Assembly: GCA_034435355.1 (NCBI GenBank)
Contig: DAOTXE010000002.1
Coordinates: 1 to 59,371, forward strand
Length of the DNA stretch: 59,371 bases
Reading direction: 5' to 3'
Origin: Chloroflexota bacterium
GTDB taxonomy: Bacteria > Chloroflexota > Limnocylindria > Limnocylindrales > CSP1-4
Shown here in pieces: positions 47,086-56,211 of this stretch. Within the stretch, counting starts at the first letter, position 1, and every line of letters begins with the position of its first letter. The translations under genes and the position numbers were made by a program. Below the pieces are notes generated by a model. The model had not been told where the DNA came from. It ran no database searches and saw only the letters and a program-made list of their open reading frames with translations.

Positions 47086-47936
47086 CTGCCCAGGAGGAAG
47101 AGCGCGAGGACGTTGCCGCCCGTGAACAGCAGCGTGACTGCCCACGTGGAGCGAAGCACGAGCTGCCACTTGGCCCGCGAAGTCGAGTTGTCGACAAGGA
47201 CCTCGAGACCGTAGGCGACCACGAAGGCGAGCAGCCCGAGCGGCACGCTCCAGTTGAAGAAGAGGACGACGAACGCGCACAGGAGCGCGGACTCGTACCA
47301 GTGGGCGATCTCGACGTAGGCGAGCAGGCGCCCCGACATGTCCGACGTCAGCCCGCTGACCAGCTCCTGGTGGGGGTGGTGGGAGGTCGAGATGTCGAAC
47401 GGCGACTTGCGCAGCTTGATGGTCGCCACGAACAGGAAGGCCAGGAGCACGCCGGGAAGCTCCAGCGCGACGAGCACGGGCGAGGCGAGGACGCCCCCGA
47501 ACGTGCTCGCACCGGTCACCTTGCAGATGGCCGCCAGCATGAGGATGAAGAACGGTTCCGAGGCCAGCAGGACGACAAGCTCGCGCTCGGCGCCCGCGAA
47601 GCTGTAGGGCGAGTTGACCGAGCCGGCCGCGAGGACGAGGCAGAGGGCCGCAAGGGCGAACACGAAGGCGATGAAGATCAGGTCGGTGCCCCCCAGGGCG
47701 AGCGCGCCTGCCGCGGCCATGAACCCGACATGTCCGAGGAGGAGCGGCTCCACCACCGGGTTGATCCGCCGCGCCTGCTTCTCGAACAGCTTGCCCACGT
47801 CATAGAACGGCTGCAGCAGCGGCGGCCCGACGCGGCCCTGCATCCGGGCGCTCACGATCCGGTCGACCCCGGCGAGGAGGCCGCCGAAGAGCGGGCCGAC
47901 GACGACGAAGAGCAGGCTGTAGACGATCGGGCTCAT
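47082..47936 (-). CDS. echB: Ech hydrogenase membrane subunit B (NuoH-like)
   Basis: DRIVSARMQGRVGPPLLQPFYDV.KL, SPYS..GAERE, KLRKSPFDIS..HQELV.G. Confidence 0.92.
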   Translation of the reverse strand: MSPIVYSLLFVVVGPLFGGLLAGVDRIVSARMQGRVGPPLLQPFYDVGKLFEKQARRINPVVEPLLLGHVGFMAAAGALALGGTDLIFIAFVFALAALCLVLAAGSVNSPYSFAGAERELVVLLASEPFFILMLAAICKVTGASTFGGVLASPVLVALELPGVLLAFLFVATIKLRKSPFDISTSHHPHQELVSGLTSDMSGRLLAYVEIAHWYESALLCAFVVLFFNWSVPLGLLAFVVAYGLEVLVDNSTSRAKWQLVLRSTWAVTLLFTGGNVLALFLLGR

Positions 47937-49864
47937 GCGCGCAGCACCATGCCGACCACGACCATCGCGGTGAGGATGGCCCCGCAGAGGACGACTCCGG
48001 CGCGGAAGACCAGCGCGCCGTCGATCACGCCCTCGAGGTAGTAGTTGCGCAGGGTCACGGTCCGCGTCCCGCCCAGCGCGGCACCCATCAGGTGGCTCGC
48101 GTTCGCCGTGCGCCCGCTCGTGTAGAAGTCGGCGAGGTCGTAGTCCTCTCGTCTCGAGGCCCACAGCGCGAGCGCCGGCAGGAAGAGGACCGCGGCGAGC
48201 ATGACGACCACCATGGCCGGGCTGAGGGCGAGGAAGACCCGCGGCGTCGCGGCGAATGCCTCGAGTGCGTACGGCCCGACCACATGGTCGGAGATCCACC
48301 CGAGGCCCGCGGCCACGCCGATCACGCCGACGGCGAGGACGATCTCGGAGAACCACTCGTAGCGCGTGACGCGGTCCTCGACGGAGCGCTCGTACGGCTC
48401 GATGGCGCGCATCGAGAGGATCTTGATCAGGAGCTTGCCCCAGTAGAAGATCGTCAGCGAGCTGCCGAAGGCCATGATGATGAGGAAGGCGGCGCCCGCG
48501 AAACCGGGGACCTCGAGGAACGCGCGGATCGCGGTCCACTTCGCGACCACGATGCCGAACGGCGCGATGAACATGCCGGCGATCCCCGTCAGGGCCAGGA
48601 CGCTCGCCCGCGGCATGCGGCTGAGCAGGGTGTCGAAGTTTTCCATGTCCTTGGTGTAGAGCCGGTTCTCCAGGGTTCCCACGACGAGGAACAGGAGCGC
48701 CTTGGCCACCGCGTGGAAGATCACGATCATCACGCCCACCCAGACCAGCTCGGGTGTGCCGATCCCGGCGCACCCCACGATCAGGCCGAGGCTCCCGATC
48801 GTGGAGTAGGCGAGCACTTTCTTCGTGTTCCGCTCGGTCACCGCCACCATCGAGGCGAAGAGGAACGTGAGCAGGCCGACGAACGCGACCAGCGTGCCGA
48901 CGGCCGACCCCGCCATGGCCGGCGAGAGGCGCAGTAGCAGGAAGACGCCGGCCTTGACCATGGTGCTCGAATGGAGCAGGGCCGAGGTGGGGGAGGGTGC
49001 GTACATCGCACCGAGGAGCCACGACGAGAAGGGCATCTGGGCGCTCTTCGTGATCCCGGCCAGGGAGAGCAGCGCGATCGCCGGGAGGAGCGCCGACCCT
49101 GCCGGTCCGGCGGTCAGCCTGGCCAGGTCCATGCCGTCGGGCTGGCCGGCCAGCAGAAGCATGGCCACCGAAAAGCCCAGCCCGCCGAGCAGGTTCATGT
49201 TGAGCGCGTCGAAGGCATAGCCGATCGTCTCCTCCGTCCGCGTGTAGCCGATCAGGAGGAACGAGCAGATGGTCGTGATCTCCCAGAACACGCTCATCAT
49301 CGGGAGATCATTGGAGACGACCAGCCCGAACATTGCCCCGAGGAACAGGAACAGGAGGAAGAAGAAGGAGGTGCGCCGGCCACGGATCATCGGGTTCGCG
49401 CGCTGGTAATCGCGCATGTACCCGAGCGCATGGATGCAGATCAGCGGCCCCACGATCCCGATCACCAGGACCATCACCATGGTCAGGCGGTCGAACCAGA
49501 AAAGCCGCGCCGGGTCCGACGCCGGCAAGTGGCCGCCCAGGTCCAGGTAGAGCGCGATCCCCAGCTGGGCGAGGGCCATGATCGGTGCAACCACGCGCCC
49601 GTTCTGCAGGCTGACCACCACGACGAAGACGGCGATGGCCGCCTCCGCCACGAGCACCAGGTGACCGGGCGTGAAGCCGCCCGGCAGCCCGAAGAAGATC
49701 GCATCGCCGTTGCCGAAGGTGAAGACGGTCAGCAGCGACGCCGCAGCCACAACGACGCACGCACCGACGACGATGGCATTCCGAAGGGCGCCCTGGGTGA
49801 CGACGAGCAGCCCACCGCTGATGACGAGCGGGAAGGCGACCAGGACGACCACGAGCGCGCTCAT
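47933..49864 (-). CDS. echA: Ech hydrogenase antiporter-like membrane subunit A (NuoL/MrpA-like)
   Basis: HALGYM..Y, WEITTICSFLLIGY, KSAQMPFSSWLLGAM.APSPTSALLHSSTMVKAG, KKVLAYST, FHAVAKALLF. Confidence 0.92.
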   Translation of the reverse strand: MSALVVVLVAFPLVISGGLLVVTQGALRNAIVVGACVVVAAASLLTVFTFGNGDAIFFGLPGGFTPGHLVLVAEAAIAVFVVVVSLQNGRVVAPIMALAQLGIALYLDLGGHLPASDPARLFWFDRLTMVMVLVIGIVGPLICIHALGYMRDYQRANPMIRGRRTSFFFLLFLFLGAMFGLVVSNDLPMMSVFWEITTICSFLLIGYTRTEETIGYAFDALNMNLLGGLGFSVAMLLLAGQPDGMDLARLTAGPAGSALLPAIALLSLAGITKSAQMPFSSWLLGAMYAPSPTSALLHSSTMVKAGVFLLLRLSPAMAGSAVGTLVAFVGLLTFLFASMVAVTERNTKKVLAYSTIGSLGLIVGCAGIGTPELVWVGVMIVIFHAVAKALLFLVVGTLENRLYTKDMENFDTLLSRMPRASVLALTGIAGMFIAPFGIVVAKWTAIRAFLEVPGFAGAAFLIIMAFGSSLTIFYWGKLLIKILSMRAIEPYERSVEDRVTRYEWFSEIVLAVGVIGVAAGLGWISDHVVGPYALEAFAATPRVFLALSPAMVVVMLAAVLFLPALALWASRREDYDLADFYTSGRTANASHLMGAALGGTRTVTLRNYYLEGVIDGALVFRAGVVLCGAILTAMVVVGMVLRA

Positions 49865-49891
49865 CTCAGGCGCACCGTGTCCCGTCCGGCA

Positions 49892-50281
49892 TCAGTGCGC
49901 CGCCTCGAGGAGATGGTCCACCTCGTAGACGAGGACGTCCGGCGAGACCGGCTTCTCCATGAAGCGTGCGACGGGTATCCATCCGTCGTCCCGGTCCTGG
50001 GCGGCAAGCTCGCGGGCCGAGATGAACTCGTCCACCCGGCTGAGCATGATCAGCGACAACCCGGGGAAGTCGCGGGCGAACTTTCGGGCAAGGTCGAAGC
50101 CTGCTGTCGTCCCGTCTAGCATCGCCTCGAGGACGACGAGATCGGGCGTCTCGCGCCGCGTGGCGGCGAGCCCGTCGGCCGTCGTCCGGGCCGTGGCCAC
50201 GGCATGTCCGTCCGCCTCCAGAGCGGCCCTGTTCCGCGCGACCAGGTCCGCGTCGTCGTCCACCAGAAGGATGTGTGCCAT
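49892..50281 (-). CDS. Single-domain response regulator receiver with Glu at the phospho-acceptor position
   Basis: ILLVDDD, PDLVVLE (E52 where Asp is canonical), IMLS, MEKP. Confidence 0.85.
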   Translation of the reverse strand: MAHILLVDDDADLVARNRAALEADGHAVATARTTADGLAATRRETPDLVVLEAMLDGTTAGFDLARKFARDFPGLSLIMLSRVDEFISARELAAQDRDDGWIPVARFMEKPVSPDVLVYEVDHLLEAAH

Positions 50282-50485
50282 GTCCCGTCCAGGCCCGGGG
50301 GCCGCCCGGCGCCATCAACTCCCGCGTCCACGGCCCACTCGGCCGCTTGGACTGCCGTGCTGTGCCAATCGACAGGGTATCCACCCGGCCGCGTTTGGCC
50401 GCTTGTAGATCGGCCCCTCGACACGTGCCGGACGGCCCGACATGGACGGGCCGAGTCGTCCGGGGGCCGATCGGGCGGGGCACGC

Positions 50486-50491
50486 TACGAT
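50486..50491 (+). promoter_or_regulatory. -10 element for hypA (probably leaderless)
   Basis: TACGAT followed 7 nt later by GTG-CAC-GAG (MHE). Confidence 0.45.
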
Positions 50492-50498
50492 GCTGAGC

Positions 50499-50843
50499 GT
50501 GCACGAGTTCTCGATCGCCGAGGCGCTGGCCGCCCAGGTGCAGCGCCACGCGCCACCATCCGGGCGCGTGCGTGAGGTGGAAATCTGCGTCGGCGCGCTT
50601 CGCGGGCTGGAGCCGGACGCGCTCCGGATGTGCTGGGACGCCGTGACCCACGGCACGCCCCTCGAGGGTTCGGTCCTGCAGGTCGACCTCCGCCCGTGGT
50701 CCATCACCTGCTCGACCTGCGGTCGCACGTGGACCAGCCCGGTCCCGTTCGTCGCCTGCGCCTGCGGAGACCCGGCGCCGAAGCCGTCCGCCGGGGACGA
50801 GCTCGACCTGGTCGCGCTCACCGTCGAGGCCGAGGAGGATTGA
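50499..50843 (+). CDS. hypA: Hydrogenase nickel metallochaperone HypA
   Basis: N-terminal MHEFSIA, VGALRGLEP..L, CSTC...CAC, GDELDL. Confidence 0.9.
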   Translation: MHEFSIAEALAAQVQRHAPPSGRVREVEICVGALRGLEPDALRMCWDAVTHGTPLEGSVLQVDLRPWSITCSTCGRTWTSPVPFVACACGDPAPKPSAGDELDLVALTVEAEED

Positions 50844-50844
50844 G

Positions 50845-51534
50845 ATGCCCGAGGCCGGGAAGACCACCCGGGTCCCGCTCGTGGAGCGGGTGCTGGAGGC
50901 GAACGACGAGGTCGCCGCTGCGAACCGTGCCCAGCTGGAGCGACGGGGGATCTTCTCGGTCGACCTGATCGGGTCGCCCGGGAGCGGCAAGACGGCGCTT
51001 CTCGAGGCGACCCTCCGCGCACTGCACGGACGGCGGCGCCCGGCCGTCCTCGTCGGAGACCTCGCGACCCGCCGGGACGGAGACCGCCTCGCCCGATGGT
51101 GCGACCAGGTTGTCCAGATTTCGACCGGCCAGGGCTGTCACCTGGAGGCGAACCAGGTCCGGGACGCGCTCGCCGGGATCGACCTGGGCGCCGTTGACCT
51201 GCTCTTCATCGAGAACGTGGGGAACCTGATCTGCCCGGTCGGCTTCGACCTGGGCCAGTCCACCAAGGTCGGCCTGTTCAGTCTCACCGAGGGCGACGAC
51301 AAGGCGGCCAAGCACCCCTACCTGGTCGAGGAAGCCGACCTCATCCTGCTCAACAAGGTCGACCTCCTGCCCTACCTTTCGTTCGACCGGTCGTTCTTCG
51401 AGGGGGACGTTCGGCTGCTGAACCCCCGGGTCCCAGTCCTCGGCGTCTCCGCGACGACCGGAGAGGGGCTGGACGCGTGGCTCGCCTGGCTGGAGCGAGG
51501 CCCGCTCGCTGGTCCTGCATCGGCCGGCAGCTGA
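50845..51534 (+). CDS. hypB: Hydrogenase nickel-insertion GTPase HypB
   Basis: GSPGSGKT, GDL, CHLEA, IENVGNLICP, EGDDK..KHP, NKVD, SATTGEG. Confidence 0.97.
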   Translation: MPEAGKTTRVPLVERVLEANDEVAAANRAQLERRGIFSVDLIGSPGSGKTALLEATLRALHGRRRPAVLVGDLATRRDGDRLARWCDQVVQISTGQGCHLEANQVRDALAGIDLGAVDLLFIENVGNLICPVGFDLGQSTKVGLFSLTEGDDKAAKHPYLVEEADLILLNKVDLLPYLSFDRSFFEGDVRLLNPRVPVLGVSATTGEGLDAWLAWLERGPLAGPASAGS

Positions 51535-51972
51535 CGCCGGCGGGCCGGATTTCGCTCGCGGCGCGATCGCGCCAGCCATGTCCGGAGGCAGGCCCGTCGA
51601 GAGCCGTCCGGGCCTGCATCCGGGGCCGACTGGCACTGGCCGCCCGGGCTGCCCGGGAGCGATCGTCGGTCGCAGTTAGACGTGGCGGATCGGGCCGTAC
51701 ACCGTGGGAGCCAGGACACGCCGGCAGGGCGGCGGTGTAAGCCGATCCGATCAGAGTGGCAGGTGCCCGGATCGATCTGACCGGCGGCTCGCGTCACCCA
51801 CGCTGGACCAGGCCGTCGGCTCAGGGCGTCCCTCCTTCCCGGGTCGTGCGCTGCGCGCCATGTGCGCGGAGCACGCGTGGCGTGGAGGCGAAGATGGCCC
51901 TCTCGATCGACGGCGGGCGACGGGCGTCCTGGGCGCCTGACGGCTCAATCCCGGCAGCCGGGCGGTCGTGAC

Positions 51973-52557
51973 GTGAGCACGCAGATTCGACCCGGTGCCG
52001 TCGGTCGACTCGACCACCGCTTCCTCGCCGAGGTTTCCAGCGCGGCCGGGGGCCAGTCGCGCCTGCAGATGTGCATCCAGTGCGGCACCTGCGGTGGCTC
52101 GTGCCCCTCGGCCGCGGACATGGACCACACCCCGCGGATGCTGTTCGCGATGATCCGGGCCGGGATGCGGGACGCGGTGCTCGCCAGCAACACGCCCTGG
52201 ATGTGCGTCTCGTGCCACTTCTGCGTCGTCCGCTGTCCGCAGGACGTCCACATCACCGATGTGATGTACGCCCTCAAGGGGATCGCGGCCAGGACCGGCT
52301 CCAGTCCGGATTCCAAGGCGCCCGAGTTCTCGCGCGTCTTCGTCGAGAACATCTCGACGTACGGCCGGAGCTTCGAGGTGGGCCTCGTGGCACGGCATTA
52401 CCTGCGCCACCAGGTCCGGCGGCTCCCGAGCATGGCCCCGATGGGCATCGGGATGTTCGCACGTGGTCGCATCGGGCTGATGCCCAAGCGGATCCGCGGA
52501 GTCGACGGGCTGCGTGCGATTCTCGATCGTGCCGAGGCGCTGGAGGCCGCCCAATGA
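51973..52557 (+). CDS. hdrC: Heterodisulfide reductase subunit C
   Basis: CIQCGTCGGSCP, WMCVSCHFCVVRCP; GTG start at 51973. Confidence 0.9.
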   Translation: MSTQIRPGAVGRLDHRFLAEVSSAAGGQSRLQMCIQCGTCGGSCPSAADMDHTPRMLFAMIRAGMRDAVLASNTPWMCVSCHFCVVRCPQDVHITDVMYALKGIAARTGSSPDSKAPEFSRVFVENISTYGRSFEVGLVARHYLRHQVRRLPSMAPMGIGMFARGRIGLMPKRIRGVDGLRAILDRAEALEAAQ

Positions 52558-53642
52558 ACACGTTCCTGTACTACCCGGGATGCTCGATGGAGGGCACCGC
52601 CCGGGCCTACCAGGCGTCGCTCGACGTCGTGTGCAACGTCCTCGGCGTGCGCCTGCAGGAGATCGACGACTGGAACTGCTGCGGCGCGACGGAGTACGCG
52701 GGGATCAGCCTGTTCCGGTCTCACGCCCTCATCGGGCGCAACCTCGCCCTGGCGGAGGCGCAATCGGGCTCGATCGCCGGCTCCGAGGGGGCGGCGGCCG
52801 GCGGCGTCGAGGCCGTCAAGGCGGCCGGTGAAGTGCGTGCGCGCCGCGTGGAGACGGTCGTCGCCCCCTGTAGCGCCTGCTACCTCAACCTGGCCAAGAC
52901 CGACGCCTACCTGCGCGACAATTCCGTGCTCGCCCGAGGCGTGAACGAGGCCCTCGGCGCTGCCGGCCTCCACTACACCCCGGGGGCCGTGCGGGTACGC
53001 CACCTCCTCGACGTCCTGGTCGACGATGTCGGGCTGGACGCGATCGCCGGCCGCGTGTCGCGACCGCTCAGCGGCTTGCGGGTCGCGCCCTATCTCGGCT
53101 GCATGCTCACGCGCCCGGACCTGGACGAGCGCTGGCCGATCCGCGAGCACCCGCTGGTGTTCGACCGGCTGCTCGAAGCGCTGGGCGCCGAGGTGATCGA
53201 CTTCCCGCTCAAGACCGACTGCTGCGGCGGTCACATGACGCAGATCAGCCCCGGGACCGGGTTCGAGCTCATTCGACGTCTCGTCCACGAGGCGACTGCC
53301 CGGCACGCGGACATCATGGCCACGGTCTGCCCGATGTGCCAGATGAACGTCGACGCCTACCAGGGCGAGATGAACCGGTACTTCCGGACCCATTACTCGA
53401 TGCCGATCCTGTTCTTCACGCAGCTCATGGGCCTCAGCTTCGGCGCGACCGCGAGCGAGGTGTCGATCGGGACGGAGCTCGTCGATGCGGGGCCGGCGCT
53501 CGCCCGGATCGGGATCGAGGTTCCGCAGGCGGACGTTGATGCGGCTGCTGCCGGGGCGGCCGAGGTCGCCCGCCAGGCCCGAAGCCGACGCTCCAAGGCG
53601 TTGCCGATGCCGCGAATGCCGGGCAAGGAGAACCGACCATGA
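52554..53642 (+). CDS. hdrB: Heterodisulfide reductase subunit B (two CCG domains)
   Basis: YYPGCS, DWNCCGA, PCSAC, YLGC, DCCGG, CPMCQ.N.D, ILFFTQL.GL. Confidence 0.93.
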   Translation: MNTFLYYPGCSMEGTARAYQASLDVVCNVLGVRLQEIDDWNCCGATEYAGISLFRSHALIGRNLALAEAQSGSIAGSEGAAAGGVEAVKAAGEVRARRVETVVAPCSACYLNLAKTDAYLRDNSVLARGVNEALGAAGLHYTPGAVRVRHLLDVLVDDVGLDAIAGRVSRPLSGLRVAPYLGCMLTRPDLDERWPIREHPLVFDRLLEALGAEVIDFPLKTDCCGGHMTQISPGTGFELIRRLVHEATARHADIMATVCPMCQMNVDAYQGEMNRYFRTHYSMPILFFTQLMGLSFGATASEVSIGTELVDAGPALARIGIEVPQADVDAAAAGAAEVARQARSRRSKALPMPRMPGKENRP

Positions 53643-55663
53643 GCCAGGCGGAGCGGATCGGGGTCTACATCTGCCACTGCGGGACGAACATCGCCGGCGT
53701 CGTTGACGTCGAGGCGGTCCGCGATTTCGCGGGCGACGCGCTCGCCGGACGCGGTGTCGTCGTGGCCCGGGATTCGAAGTTCATGTGCTCGAGCCTCGGA
53801 CAGGAGCTGATCGAGAAGGACATCGCCGAGCAGGGTCTGACCGGTGTGGTGGTGGGCGCCTGCTCGCCGCACATGCACGAGGCGACGTTCCGCGGTGCGT
53901 GCGCCCGCGCCGGGCTCAACCCGTACCTGTGCGAGCTGGTCTCGCTCCGCGAGCACGTCTCGTGGGTGCACACCGACCACGCCATGGCGACGGCAAAAGC
54001 GAAGGCCATCGTCACGAGCGGCGTGGAGCGGGTGCGCCAGTCGGTGCCGCTTGAGCCGATCCGGGTTCCCATCAACGCGTCGACGCTCGTCGTGGGCGGC
54101 GGCATCACCGGCATCCAGGCCGCCCTGGAGCTGGCCGACGCCGGGCATCGCGTCTATCTCGTCGAGCGCCAGGCATCGATCGGCGGCCACATGGCCCAGT
54201 TCGACAAGACCTTCCCGACGCTCGACTGCGCCGCCTGCATCCTCACCCCGCGCATGGTCACGGCCGGCAACCACCCGAACATCACGCTCATGACCTGGAG
54301 CGAGGTCGTGAACGTGTCTGGCTACGTCGGGAGCTTCTCGGTCACCGTCCGCCAGAAGGCGCGCTACGTGGACACGAGCCTGTGCACCGGCTGCGGCATC
54401 TGCGAGGAGAAATGCCCGGCGCGGGTCATCGACGATACCTTCGAGGCCGGGATCGGCTATCGCAAGGCGGTCGCCGTGCCCTTCCCCCAGGCCGTTCCCA
54501 AGTTCCCGGTCATCGACCGTGACAACTGCACCTTCTTCGAGCGTGGGACGTGCCGCGCGTGCGAGAAGCTGTGTCCGACCAACGCGATCGACTTCAACCA
54601 GCAGGACGAGCTCGTCACGTTCGAGGTCGGCAACATCGTGGTCGCGACCGGCTACGAGCTGTTCGACCCGCGCCGTGTCGAGCAGTACGGCTACGGCCGC
54701 CTGGCGAACGTGTTCACCAGCCTCGAGTTCGAGCGCCTGAGCAATGCCTCCGGGCCCACCGAGGGCCGCGTGGTCCTGCGCGACGGGGTGACCGCGCCAA
54801 AGACGGTCGGGGTCATCCACTGCGTCGGCAGCCGCGACCGCAACTACAACTCGTACTGCTCCGCCATCTGCTGCATGCAGAGCCTGAAGTTCGCGCACCT
54901 CGTGAAGGAGCGGACCGGGGCGACGGTCTACGAGTTCTACATCGACATCCGGACGCCCGGCAAGGCGTACGACGAGTTCTACCAGCGGGTCCTGGAGGAG
55001 GGGACGATCTTCGTGCGGGGTCGCGTGGCCGAGGTGAGCGACTCGCTGCGGCCCGACGAGGCGGACCAGGCCGGCCGGCTCATCATCCAGGTCGAGGATA
55101 CGCTCGCCGGGCGCCAGCGCCGTATCCCGGTCGACATGGTGGTGCTCTCGTGCGGCCTGGAGCCCGCGCACGACGCGCGGGACGTCGCCCGACTGATGGG
55201 GATCACCTGCAGCTCCGACGGCTGGATCACCGAGCGGCACCCGAAGCTCGATCCGATCGCCACCATGACCGAGGGCGTGTTCGCGGCTGGCTGCGCCACC
55301 GGCCCCAAGGACATTCCCTCATCCGTTTCCCAGGGGGCGGCGGCAGCCGCCCGGGTGCTGACGCGCATCCAGGCGGGCGAGATGCTGCTCGAGCCGGTCC
55401 GCGCCAGCGTGGATGAGACACGATGCTCCGGCTGCCGCATCTGCAACGCGATCTGTCCGTTCAATGCCATCCGGTTCCACGAGGAGACTGCGCTGTCGGA
55501 GGTGATCACGGCGCTCTGCCAGGGGTGTGGCACCTGCGTCGCCGCCTGCCCGGCCGGGGCGATCCACGGCACGGGCTTCAGTGATGCCCAGGTGCTGGCC
55601 CAGATCCGCGGGCTGCTCGCCAGCCCAGCCGTGGCGCTGCAGCGAGAGGCGGTGCTGGCATGA
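53639..55663 (+). CDS. hdrA: Heterodisulfide reductase subunit A (flavin-based bifurcating)
   Basis: GVYICHCG, VGGGITG, IGGHMAQFDKTFPTLDCAACIL, TSLEFERL, CVGSR..YCSAICCMQSLK, four ferredoxin-type Cys motifs. Confidence 0.96.
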   Translation: MSQAERIGVYICHCGTNIAGVVDVEAVRDFAGDALAGRGVVVARDSKFMCSSLGQELIEKDIAEQGLTGVVVGACSPHMHEATFRGACARAGLNPYLCELVSLREHVSWVHTDHAMATAKAKAIVTSGVERVRQSVPLEPIRVPINASTLVVGGGITGIQAALELADAGHRVYLVERQASIGGHMAQFDKTFPTLDCAACILTPRMVTAGNHPNITLMTWSEVVNVSGYVGSFSVTVRQKARYVDTSLCTGCGICEEKCPARVIDDTFEAGIGYRKAVAVPFPQAVPKFPVIDRDNCTFFERGTCRACEKLCPTNAIDFNQQDELVTFEVGNIVVATGYELFDPRRVEQYGYGRLANVFTSLEFERLSNASGPTEGRVVLRDGVTAPKTVGVIHCVGSRDRNYNSYCSAICCMQSLKFAHLVKERTGATVYEFYIDIRTPGKAYDEFYQRVLEEGTIFVRGRVAEVSDSLRPDEADQAGRLIIQVEDTLAGRQRRIPVDMVVLSCGLEPAHDARDVARLMGITCSSDGWITERHPKLDPIATMTEGVFAAGCATGPKDIPSSVSQGAAAAARVLTRIQAGEMLLEPVRASVDETRCSGCRICNAICPFNAIRFHEETALSEVITALCQGCGTCVAACPAGAIHGTGFSDAQVLAQIRGLLASPAVALQREAVLA

Positions 55664-56211
55664 GCCACGTTGCAGGCGAGCGCCCGGACGGGGCCCCCTT
55701 CGAGCCGGTGATCATCGGCTTCACGTGCAACTGGTGCAGCTACCGTGCGGCCGACCTGGCCGGGACCGCGCGCCTGAAGTACCCGCCCAACATCAGCCTC
55801 GTCCGGCTGATGTGCTCGGGACGGCTCGATCCGGCGTTCGTGCTCGAGGCGTTCGCGCGCGGCGCGGACGGCGTGCTGGTGACCGGTTGCTGGCCGGGCG
55901 ACTGCCACTACCTTGAGCAGAACTACTACGCGCTGCGCCGTTTCCAGCTGCTGAAGCGGACCATGGCCGGGCTGGGCCTGGAGGTGCAGCGCCTCAGGCT
56001 CGTGTGGGCCAGCGCTGCGGAGGGTGCGCGGCTGGCCAGCGAATTCAGCTCCTTCGTCGAGGAGGTCCGGGAGCTCGGGCCGTTGCACTGGGGCGGTGGC
56101 CCAGCGGCAGCCGGGCCCCGCTCGACGGAGCCCGAGGAGATCGCGCAAGGGGTCACGGCGGCGATCGCCGCGACGATGCCGGCCGCGGTGGCCGACGAGG
56201 TGATGGCATGA
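55660..56211 (+). CDS. mvhD: MvhD/FlpD [2Fe-2S] subunit
   Basis: FTCNWCSYRAADLAG, RLMCSGR, ADGVLVTGC.PGDCHY, WASAAEG. Confidence 0.95.
   Translation: MSHVAGERPDGAPFEPVIIGFTCNWCSYRAADLAGTARLKYPPNISLVRLMCSGRLDPAFVLEAFARGADGVLVTGCWPGDCHYLEQNYYALRRFQLLKRTMAGLGLEVQRLRLVWASAAEGARLASEFSSFVEEVRELGPLHWGGGPAAAGPRSTEPEEIAQGVTAAIAATMPAAVADEVMA

Noticed and set aside
44717-49864. Annotation as respiratory complex I (nuo) genes
   Set aside because: The large subunit has both NiFe-binding motifs (RxCxxC, DPCxxC) and the six-gene order matches echABCDEF
50351-50368. sigma54 -24/-12 promoter (TTGGCAC... on the minus strand; similar motif near 44307-44322 on the plus strand)
   Set aside because: GG-to-GC spacing is 9 nt rather than the required 10
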